A stretch of DNA of 17,311 nucleotides from Promethearchaeia archaeon (GCA_046497275.1 JAWOFX010000081.1:1-17311), one strand, 5' to 3'. Positions 8,382-16,097 are shown, counted from the first letter of the stretch. The notes: generated from the sequence alone by a model not told the origin. Program-made: numbers and translations.

Positions 8382-9734
8382 TTAAAGTCTCTGGATATAG
8401 CGGTCACGTTCCCAATCAGAAACATTTACACGATAGGCGTCATATTCTTCTAATTTAGCATAATAATAGTTTTTAAACAAATCTTCACCGAAAATCTTTT
8501 TCATCATTTCAGATTCCTTGAATTCGGTTAAGGCGACCCTAAGACTGCCAGGAAGTGATATAATTCCCGATTTTTCTAGATCTTTAGTTGAAAAATGATA
8601 AACATTTTTATCTGTAGGGGAGGGAATCTCTATATCATCAGATAATATACCTTCCAATCCAGTGGCTAAAAGTACTGCAAATTGAAGATATGGATTTCCA
8701 GAAGGATCCGGACATCGAATTTCACATCGTGCTGAATTAGGTTTTCCATGAAAATCGGGGACTCGAATCAAGGGAGATCGATTTCTAAAACCCCAAGCCA
8801 CATACACTGGTGCCTCATAACCTGGGACTAATCGTTTATAAGAATTTGGCCAACTTGATAATACAGCACACATATCTTTTGCATATTTTAATTGTCCTGC
8901 TATCCATTTTTTCATCTCATAAGATATAAAATTTTCATCATTTTCATCATAGAAAACATTATTTCCATTTTTCCACAGACTCTGGTGAACATGCATCCCC
9001 GAACCATTTATCCCCGAAAATGGTTTTGGCATAAATGTTGCTGTCATATCGTTTTCAGCGGCCACAGTTTTAACAATAGTTTTTATAGTTATAGTATTAT
9101 CTGCTGAGTTAACTGCTTCATCATATCGAAAATCTACCTCATGTTGTCCATATGCAACTTCATGGTGTAGAGCTTCTATTTCGATACCCATTTTATCGCA
9201 GTATTGCGCGATGCGATATCTCATCATCTCATTAATATCGTAGGGATCATAATCGAAATATCCTCGAAGGTCGCTCGGCTTGAAGGGTTTTTGGGCCTCT
9301 TTGTTTAACATGAAGAACTCCATTTCTGGGGCACAATAATATTTATATCCGTGTTCTGCCGCTTTGTTAACCACCTTTTGAAGGACATATCTGGGATCTC
9401 CTTCATATCTATCCCCATCAGGTTTATAGATATCACAAATTATTCGTGCCACTTTATTTTCCTTCCTCCAAGGCAAAATATGGAAAGTACTGGGATCGGG
9501 AACAGCAACTTTATCACTTTCTTCTATTGCTCCATACCCTGTAATGCTTGATCCATCAAAATTCTCTCCCATTTCCATAAAATCTTCAATCCGTTTTGAA
9601 TTAATTTCAAAAGATTTTATAAGCCCATGGATATCTGTGAATTGAAGATATATAAATTTAATATCACATTCCTTTACGGTCTCTATAACTTTTTCACATA
9701 TCTCCTTTCGATGAGGATCCTCTTTATCAATCAT
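8382..9734 (-). CDS. glnA: Glutamine synthetase type I (GSI-alpha-like)
   Basis: Motifs FDGSSI, IEESD, PEMEFF, HHEVAYGQHE, ATFMPKPFSGINGSGMH, NSYKRLVPGYEAP, NRSPLIRVP and EIRCPDPSGNPYL; the canonical metal- and substrate-binding residues are present. Confidence 0.97.
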   Translation of the reverse strand: MIDKEDPHRKEICEKVIETVKECDIKFIYLQFTDIHGLIKSFEINSKRIEDFMEMGENFDGSSITGYGAIEESDKVAVPDPSTFHILPWRKENKVARIICDIYKPDGDRYEGDPRYVLQKVVNKAAEHGYKYYCAPEMEFFMLNKEAQKPFKPSDLRGYFDYDPYDINEMMRYRIAQYCDKMGIEIEALHHEVAYGQHEVDFRYDEAVNSADNTITIKTIVKTVAAENDMTATFMPKPFSGINGSGMHVHQSLWKNGNNVFYDENDENFISYEMKKWIAGQLKYAKDMCAVLSSWPNSYKRLVPGYEAPVYVAWGFRNRSPLIRVPDFHGKPNSARCEIRCPDPSGNPYLQFAVLLATGLEGILSDDIEIPSPTDKNVYHFSTKDLEKSGIISLPGSLRVALTEFKESEMMKKIFGEDLFKNYYYAKLEEYDAYRVNVSDWERDRYIQRL

Positions 9735-9916
9735 AATTATTTTTAATTATTTGTTTAATTTTTTAATATAATTAAGATCATTTAGTTAAACAAAATATAT
9801 AAATCTGGTCATTCATTACACCCGACAAAAAGATAAGTAAAAATTTGATCACAAAACTTAAAAATGATTAAAACAAATGATCAATAAGGAATTTGAAAAA
9901 ATGCTTAAAAATTTAT

Positions 9917-10411
9917 ATGAATGATCAAATCAAATTAGAAGATTGGGATTGGCAAATACTAAAGGAATTAAGCGAAGATGGGCGTCTTTCTTTCAGGAGT
10001 TTATCAAAAACTCTTGATAAATCTCCTGTTACTATAAAAAGGCATATTGAATATTTAGAAACTAAGGGAATAATAAAACATTATGGAATAACAATTGATT
10101 ATGAAAAGTTAGGATTGGATATTATAGCATTAATTGAATTGACCATTTCAAAAGGAAAGATGCTTGAAGTTGAAGAAGATATTGCTAAAAACCCTAATGT
10201 TTTTGGTGTCTATGATATCACAGGAGAATATGATGCGTTAATATTCGCGAGATTTAGAGCGAGGGAAGATCTAAGCAAATTAGTGAAGGATATTAATTCC
10301 TATGAATATGTGATAAGAACTAATACACATTTAATTCTAAATATCATAAAGGAAGAAAGTACTTTCTCAGATCTTTTTAAAGGTAAATTAAATAATTCAG
10401 AAAAAACATAG
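9917..10411 (+). CDS. Lrp/AsnC family transcriptional regulator, divergent from glnA
   Basis: N-terminal HTH (DWQILKELSEDGRLSFRSLSKTLDKSPVTIKRHIEYLETKGII) and RAM domain (VYDITGEYDALI). ATG 9917 is preferred over the track's TTG 9893. Confidence 0.93.
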   Translation: MNDQIKLEDWDWQILKELSEDGRLSFRSLSKTLDKSPVTIKRHIEYLETKGIIKHYGITIDYEKLGLDIIALIELTISKGKMLEVEEDIAKNPNVFGVYDITGEYDALIFARFRAREDLSKLVKDINSYEYVIRTNTHLILNIIKEESTFSDLFKGKLNNSEKT

Positions 10412-10422
10412 AGATATATCAT

Positions 10423-10436
10423 TTACTTCGAAGTAA
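10423..10436. repeat. Perfect 14-bp palindrome TTACTTCGAAGTAA
   Basis: Directly visible, 11 nt downstream of the Lrp stop codon. Function unknown. Confidence 0.6.
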
Positions 10437-10520
10437 TGTTTTATGAAGTATTAAAAGGTTACAATCTGATCCCAATATATTTCGTATTCAGTTAAAAATT
10501 AGAGGAATTTAACTATAATG

Positions 10521-10829
10521 TCAATAAGATCTTAGTAATTGATCTACCCAGCCATCATAATATTCTTACTCTAAAATAATATGTGGAGCTACATCTTTAA
10601 AACCTTCTTTCTGTAAATTATCTTGAATAATTTTGGTTTCTTGAGCACTTTTAGTCCAAACTTTAAATGTAATTAAGTTAGGAATATTACTGTAGCTAAT
10701 AGAAGATAACTTTTTTGGATAATTCTCATTAAGATATTCTTGAGTGGAGGGTATATCGGTCGCCTCGTTCAATGTAAGGTTAAAAACTAATACATAATTA
10801 GGGACATAATACGGTTGCCATTACTCCAT
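10521..10829 (-). pseudogene. Probable decayed gene fragment, possibly the C-terminal effector domain of an AsnC-like regulator
   Basis: One frame reads ME*WQPYYVPNYVLVFNLTLNEATD...SYSNIPNLITFKVWTKSAQETKIIQDNLQKEGFKDVAPHIILE*EYYDGWVDQLLRSY*, with TAA at 10821-10823 and 10566-10568. The family assignment is from recollection only and was not searched. Confidence 0.45.
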
Positions 10830-11062
10830 TTAGTTGAAATTTGAGAACGGAAAATATTAAACTTAAAAATAGAAGTAATTTAAGCTTTTCATATCTTTAT
10901 TATTAAATATATTTTGTGATATCTTTAAGAAAAAGTGAAGATTTTTCTCATAGATTATTTTCATTAAGAACTAATTATAATTGGTTCATTTAATTCTTGA
11001 ATTAATTATGGATCTTTCAAAATTCAAATCCTTCGGCGATATTTTTCTCATCTAAAGACAGC

Positions 11063-11890
11063 TTATATTAGGTTTCCGCAAAAATTTCCTCCGAATGGTC
11101 GTTTTGATATTGGTTTTACTATTTGATATGGTTTTAGATTTATTATATCGGGATTAATCTTGAAAGTATCACAGAATTCTTTAATATAAGGCTTAATAGT
11201 TTTTTCTGTTTCTTTTTTTAAATCATACACTTTCGCACCAACTCCCAATCTGGATCCTAAATCTTCCTCCGTTCGAAGGATAATTTTTCCTCTATGTATT
11301 CCTGTACCTAATTCTTCTCCACAGATAGGATACTTACTCTCCGAAACTGTTCCATCAGATTTAAATTCTAATCCTAATACAATTATTAATCCCCCAGCCA
11401 TGTATTCTCCCAAAAAATCTTTAGCTGTTCCTCCTATTAACAATACAGGAAATTTATGCTCAAATTCTTTAATATGGATTCCTACTCGATATCCAACATC
11501 TTTTTTTACATATATTTTTCCTCCACGAGCAGATAACCCAATTACATCTCCTCCATCTCCATGAATAATTATTTTTCCATTATTCATCGTATTACCAATT
11601 TGATCTTCGCTATTGCCATTTACAATTATTTCTGGTCCATCCATAAATATCCCGAGATCATTCCCAGGAAGTCCATTGATTTCAATTTTCAATTGTCCTT
11701 GTAAAGAAGCACCTATAAATCTCTGACCACATACATTATTTAGAACGACCTTAGTATAACCTTTTTTTATTATTTGATATATTTTTTCATTTAATATTTT
11801 ATAATTTAAAGGATTTCCATTTGGAGCAGCATTTATCTCAAATTCTGCTGAATTTTCTTTTCTATATTCTATTTTTATATTTTCTATCAT
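11063..11890 (-). CDS. gltB3: Glutamate synthase GXGXG-domain subunit (archaeal split-type GltB domain 3)
   Basis: Repeated GXGXG-type beta-helix segments (GQRFIG, GNDLG, EDQIGNTMNNG, GDVIG, KDFLGEYMAGG). Start placed at ATG 11890 because GAGG lies 8 nt upstream and this removes the overlap with gltB2. Confidence 0.9.
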   Translation of the reverse strand: MIENIKIEYRKENSAEFEINAAPNGNPLNYKILNEKIYQIIKKGYTKVVLNNVCGQRFIGASLQGQLKIEINGLPGNDLGIFMDGPEIIVNGNSEDQIGNTMNNGKIIIHGDGGDVIGLSARGGKIYVKKDVGYRVGIHIKEFEHKFPVLLIGGTAKDFLGEYMAGGLIIVLGLEFKSDGTVSESKYPICGEELGTGIHRGKIILRTEEDLGSRLGVGAKVYDLKKETEKTIKPYIKEFCDTFKINPDIINLKPYQIVKPISKRPFGGNFCGNLI

Positions 11891-11906
11891 ATTTTTTTCC
11901 TCATTT

Positions 11907-13427
11907 CTATTCTCCAGCATGCTTAACACCTAATATATCCGCGATCTTTGGATTTGGACCAATATATCTTAATCGATCTCGGTTAGATCTTAGTGATTCT
12001 ACCGAATCAATACCCATCGCTCCTAACACTTCTTTTAGTTCTTCATTCCAGCTATGAAATAAATTAATAATCCGATTTCGGGCAACATCGATATCTAATC
12101 TTTTTACAAGATATTCTTGTTGAGTTGCAATCCCCCAAGAACAGAGCCCTCTAAAACATTGTTGACATACTCGACAGCCCATGGCAATTAAAACTGGCAT
12201 ACAACACATTCCAACATCAGCGCCCAACGCAATTGCTTTGATTAAGTCTGCTGAATATCTGATTGACCCTCCTGCAACTAAAGTCACCTCATCCCGAAGA
12301 TTTTCTTCTCTGAGTCGTGAATCAACTGCAGCAATCGCTAACTCTATAGGGATCCCAGCATGATCTCTAATAATTCTGGGAGCAGCTCCTGTTCCTCCTC
12401 GAAATCCATCTATTGTTAGGAAATCGGCACCACCTCTTACAATACCAACCGCAATTGGTGCTGAATTATGCACTGCGGCGATTTTAACTCCTATTGGAAC
12501 CGTATAACGTGTTGCCTCTTTTAACGCGGATATTAATTGCGCGAGATCCTCTATAGAATAGATATCATGATGAGGATATGGTGAAAGAGCATCTGATCCT
12601 TTGGGAATCATCCTCGTTTGAGAAATTAAGGAATTTACCTTCTCTCCGGGTAAATGTCCACCATGACCAGGTTTTGCTCCTTGTCCTATTTTTATCTCTA
12701 TTCCGGCAGCATTCTGTAAATAATTTATATCAACTCCAAAACGACCAGATGCAATCTCGGTTATGATATTTGGCCCATATTCATAAAAATCTTGATGAAG
12801 CCCTCCCTCTCCAGAACCTGCTAATATATTAAGCTTTTTAGCCGCTTGGTAAATTGCCATGCAAGCATTATAACTTATTGATCCTAAACTCATATGTCCA
12901 ATCATAATAGGGGAATCAATTTCAAGATTTGGCATGAATTCTGTTTTTAATGAAATATTATTGGGATCTTCAAGATCTTCAGAAAATACAATCTTTTTAG
13001 GCTTTCTTCCGAAAAATACCTTGGTTTCAATAGTTTCTCTTAATGGATCTATACTTGGATTAGTTACTTGGCATGCATCAAGAAGTAAATCATCAAAAAT
13101 ACTTCTTATTGGACGATCATTTCCTGTTGCTGAGAGTAAAACACCTCCGTTTCCAGATTGAGACCAGATGATATTCCGTATCCTCTGAGTATAGTTGCCA
13201 TGAGGTGGCAGATAGGAATCATTTTTTTCAATTCTAATTGCACCTGAGGGACACATTGCTACACATCTCTGACAAGATACACACTTTGAATCATCAGAGA
13301 CTATTTGTTCTCCATTGAATGAAAGAGCATTATAAGAACAGTGGTTGGTACAGCGTTTGCATTTCCGACAAATCTCTCTATCCACTTTAATATGAAAATA
13401 AGATGGGAAATTATGAGATAACGACAA
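11907..13427 (-). CDS. gltB2: Glutamate synthase FMN-binding subunit with N-terminal 2x[4Fe-4S] ferredoxin domain (archaeal split-type GltB domain 2)
   Basis: CRKCKRCTNHC and CVSCQRCVAMCP; EIKIGQGAKPGHGGHLPGEKV; PHHDIYSIEDLAQLI; IDGFRGGTGAAP; C-terminal Fe-S motif CRVCQQCFRGLCSWGIATQ. TTG start 7 nt after GGAGGT. Confidence 0.95.
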   Translation of the reverse strand: MSLSHNFPSYFHIKVDREICRKCKRCTNHCSYNALSFNGEQIVSDDSKCVSCQRCVAMCPSGAIRIEKNDSYLPPHGNYTQRIRNIIWSQSGNGGVLLSATGNDRPIRSIFDDLLLDACQVTNPSIDPLRETIETKVFFGRKPKKIVFSEDLEDPNNISLKTEFMPNLEIDSPIMIGHMSLGSISYNACMAIYQAAKKLNILAGSGEGGLHQDFYEYGPNIITEIASGRFGVDINYLQNAAGIEIKIGQGAKPGHGGHLPGEKVNSLISQTRMIPKGSDALSPYPHHDIYSIEDLAQLISALKEATRYTVPIGVKIAAVHNSAPIAVGIVRGGADFLTIDGFRGGTGAAPRIIRDHAGIPIELAIAAVDSRLREENLRDEVTLVAGGSIRYSADLIKAIALGADVGMCCMPVLIAMGCRVCQQCFRGLCSWGIATQQEYLVKRLDIDVARNRIINLFHSWNEELKEVLGAMGIDSVESLRSNRDRLRYIGPNPKIADILGVKHAGE

Positions 13428-13431
13428 TTTA

Positions 13432-14628
13432 TTAACCTCCTATAGTCCCCTCTACTTTTAAATTAATTTTTTCAAATGGACTTTCTCTTCCGTCTCTGAG
13501 TAATCCTTTACCCACTTGTGCAATTATCGCTGTTCCACTTTTCGGGTGCCATATTCTCTTAAAATTATAATCTTCACATAATTTTAGTCTTTTAAATGAA
13601 GCTTCTTCACTACTTAAGAACACTGAATTTTCATCATTAGAGATAGCTGCAACAAGCGGTCGTAATTTTTTTCTATCAGATAATCCTATTAATGTAGGTT
13701 TAGGATAGTTTAGTCCGACAACAATCGAAAATGGCCCATTTAACATCGCAGATCTGTAGGTAGCGCGAATATTTTTGAGAGCAATTTGATATTTTTGTTC
13801 CATGTTCTCGATAGTGGTAAAGAGAGGTGGTGCTAATGCAATAGTTGTAATAGGTATGGGTATTTTTTGTTTTCTAATTAATAAATCAAATAAATAAGCA
13901 ATAACTTCTGTATCAGTAAATAAAGTACATTTATAACCGAAAGATTCTAAATATCTCATGTTGGTCCCATAAGAAGTTATTTCTCCATTGTGAACAACAC
14001 TAGTTCCTAATAAATTAAATGGATGAGCTCCACCCCACCAACCAGGTGTATTCGTAGGAAAGCGAGAATGTGCTAACCACATATAAGCTTTATAATCTTT
14101 AATTTGATAAAAATCGGCAATTTCATGAGACCATCCATTGCCTTTAAAAACACCCATATTTTTTCCAGATGATATAACAAAAACCCCATCAAAAGTATCA
14201 TTTAGCTTCATAATCAATCTAACCATTTGGGCATCATCAGAGATACTTTCTTTATGTTTTGGTTCATAAAAAATTCTCCAAGTTATGGGGGGATTGTTAA
14301 CATTAGGTGGAATTTTGGTAGGTATAGGCTCCGATTGAATTATATTACCAAAATCACCTAGGTATCTTATTAAATTTTCTTTACTGTCTTCATCATCTAT
14401 TAGAAGATGGAGTGCATAATATTCTTTATATTTTGGATATATTCCATAACCCGCAAATCCAGCACCTAACCCATTTTCTCTTTCACTTAAAATACTCAAC
14501 ATATCAATGATTTGTTCTCCATTATCTCTTTTTTTGTCTAAATTGATATATCCTGATATGCCGCATCCATCAAATACACGTTGGTTTCTAAACTTTTCCA
14601 CTAAAGATGTATAATTATTCCATTTCAC
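13432..14628 (-). CDS. gltB1: Glutamate synthase class II (Ntn) glutamine amidotransferase subunit (archaeal split-type GltB domain 1)
   Basis: CGISG at residue 22; ERENGLGAGFAGYG; HSRFPTNT; AHPF; HNGEI; TDTEV; LNGPFS; DRKKLRP. GTG start immediately after an in-frame TAA. Confidence 0.93.
   Translation of the reverse strand: MKWNNYTSLVEKFRNQRVFDGCGISGYINLDKKRDNGEQIIDMLSILSERENGLGAGFAGYGIYPKYKEYYALHLLIDDEDSKENLIRYLGDFGNIIQSEPIPTKIPPNVNNPPITWRIFYEPKHKESISDDAQMVRLIMKLNDTFDGVFVISSGKNMGVFKGNGWSHEIADFYQIKDYKAYMWLAHSRFPTNTPGWWGGAHPFNLLGTSVVHNGEITSYGTNMRYLESFGYKCTLFTDTEVIAYLFDLLIRKQKIPIPITTIALAPPLFTTIENMEQKYQIALKNIRATYRSAMLNGPFSIVVGLNYPKPTLIGLSDRKKLRPLVAAISNDENSVFLSSEEASFKRLKLCEDYNFKRIWHPKSGTAIIAQVGKGLLRDGRESPFEKINLKVEGTIGG
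13435..13440 (-). promoter_or_regulatory. Shine-Dalgarno site GGAGGT for gltB2
   Basis: Formed by the last two codons of gltB1 (GGA GGT TAA), 7 nt before TTG 13427. Confidence 0.7.
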
Positions 14629-14652
14629 TTATTTATCCCATTTTGTTATTTT

Positions 14653-15984
14653 TTAATGCTCTCCATCAATTTTAATAATTAATCTTTTTAAATCTTGTAT
14701 TTTTGGTTTTTTGGCATTTAAACCAACTCTCTTCCTTGCTGACCTTGAAAATTTTGCAACTGTTCCCATCCTCTTAAAAGAATCAAACTCTTTTTCGAAA
14801 CCTTTAACGGTTATATCTAATTCTTTTGCTAAGTTTCTAAGAGTTGTAAAAACATCCACTAAACCTATCCTCATAGGACATAATTCATAGCAAACATAAC
14901 AGTCAAGGCATAACCAGATAGAGGGATCTCTTACAATTTTATTCAGTTGTCCCTTTAAGATCTTTCCGATTATTTCTTTCGGATTAAAGGTTTGTGGCAT
15001 ATATTTTGCGACAGGGCAATCACTATTGCACGCTCCACAAAAATAACATTCTTTCAAAAATTCTAAATCAAAGTATTTCTCTATTTCTCTATTCCTTTGG
15101 TAAATCATATCTATTTTTCTAAAAATACTCTCAACCGGCGTTCTATGATATTTAGTAATAAATTCTTTAATATCTATACCTAATGCAATACAGAGTAATT
15201 CTGAATAATAAAAAACAGGTATATCAAATTCATAGTCTAGTTTTTTAAGTTCTCTTTGTAAATGATCAAATTGGATAAAACATTGAGGGCAGCCCACTAC
15301 TATTGCATCTGCACCAACGTCTTTAATATTTTCTAATTTTGAATGAACCATTTCTAATGCGGTATCGGGATTACCAGCTCTTTCTAGACTTCCTCCACAG
15401 CATTCCATTTTTTGAATATAATCTATACTTTTTGCTCCAAGATCTTCAATTAATTCATCAAAAATATGGGGTTTCATAGGATCATCCATTTGAATTTTAT
15501 TACTAGGTCTTAAGAAATGACATCCATAATGAACTGCTATCTTTAACCCTAATAAGGGATATTTTATTTTTTGTTTTATTTTTTCCCTATGATATTTATG
15601 AAAGAATTCCACAAGATGAAAAATATCGGATTTTCCCTCACAATGATATTCAATCTTCTCTAAATAATGATTAATTTTATCCCGTAAATGATGATTTGAT
15701 TTAATTACACTTCTAATTCCCTTTAAGGTTTCAAAACATCCATTACACGGAGTTAATATATCTAGTGATATCTGTTCCGCAATTGATAAATTCCTTGCGG
15801 CTGTTATATTATAGATAAATTCATTAGAATTTTTAATTCCATTAGGTTCTGGACAACAAGAAAACTTATTTGATTCAATATATTCAATATCTAAAAATTC
15901 AAGGATATTTTTTACTGAAACTTCTATAAATGGCAATCTATAACTAATCATACAGCCAGGAAATAATATAACCTCTTTTTGAAT
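14653..15984 (-). CDS. hdrB: HdrB-HdrC fusion protein (two CCG domains plus C-terminal 2x[4Fe-4S]), heterodisulfide-reductase-like; probable ATT start
   Basis: CCG1: FPGC (upstream of the track's ATG 15951), SCCPEP, PCNGC. CCG2: HYGCH, ECCGG, GCPQC. HdrC-like: CYFCGACNSDCP and IWLCLDCYVCYELCP. The frame is open up to TAA 15985-15987. The start position is less certain than the product call. Confidence 0.9.
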   Translation of the reverse strand: MQKEVILFPGCMISYRLPFIEVSVKNILEFLDIEYIESNKFSCCPEPNGIKNSNEFIYNITAARNLSIAEQISLDILTPCNGCFETLKGIRSVIKSNHHLRDKINHYLEKIEYHCEGKSDIFHLVEFFHKYHREKIKQKIKYPLLGLKIAVHYGCHFLRPSNKIQMDDPMKPHIFDELIEDLGAKSIDYIQKMECCGGSLERAGNPDTALEMVHSKLENIKDVGADAIVVGCPQCFIQFDHLQRELKKLDYEFDIPVFYYSELLCIALGIDIKEFITKYHRTPVESIFRKIDMIYQRNREIEKYFDLEFLKECYFCGACNSDCPVAKYMPQTFNPKEIIGKILKGQLNKIVRDPSIWLCLDCYVCYELCPMRIGLVDVFTTLRNLAKELDITVKGFEKEFDSFKRMGTVAKFSRSARKRVGLNAKKPKIQDLKRLIIKIDGEH

Positions 15985-15992
15985 TTAAAATA

Positions 15993-15998
15993 ACCTCC
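15993..15998 (-). promoter_or_regulatory. Shine-Dalgarno site GGAGGT for the hdrBC gene
   Basis: mRNA reads TTGGAGGT-TATTTTAA-ATT CAA AAA, an 8-nt spacer to ATT 15984. Confidence 0.6.
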
Positions 15999-16070
15999 AA
16001 TTTTTTTTATATTTCAACTCCTAAATTTATATTTCTTAGATAAATATATCCAAATAAAAATATAAACTTT

Positions 16071-16097
16071 GTGGGAAAATAGTGGGACGCATTTCCC
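16071..16097. promoter_or_regulatory. Candidate operator upstream of the hdrBC-gltB operon
   Basis: G/C-rich island in AT-rich DNA: GGGA-N6-TCCC (16084-16097), GTGGGA repeated at 11-bp spacing (16071, 16082), next to a minus-strand TTTATA at 16066-16061. Confidence 0.35.

Noticed and set aside
8892-9551. Plus-strand ORFs 8892-9107 and 9351-9551
   Set aside because: Antisense to the well-conserved glnA, with no protein-like features.
10566-10823. Stop-codon recoding in the interrupted ORF
   Set aside because: Both stops are TAA, and normal genes in the window end in TAA, TAG and TGA, so the standard genetic code applies.
10941-11051. 11-bp direct repeat ATTTTTCTCAT at 10941 and 11041
   Set aside because: Only two low-complexity copies in AT-rich DNA; not a CRISPR array or convincing target-site duplication.
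11891-11929. Track's longer N-terminus for gltB3 (start 11929)
   Set aside because: Overlaps the gltB2 3' end; ATG 11890 has a properly spaced GAGG.
11821-13161. Plus-strand ORFs 11821-12057, 12181-12363, 12578-12766 and 12934-13161
   Set aside because: Antisense shadows of gltB2/gltB3.
8382-14628. Reading the cluster as the methylamine pathway (GmaS + MgsABC), which has the same three-domain split
   Set aside because: GlnA has canonical GSI-alpha residues, the FMN subunit carries the archaeal GltB2 ferredoxin domain, and no N-methylglutamate dehydrogenase genes are present. Not formally excluded without a phylogeny.
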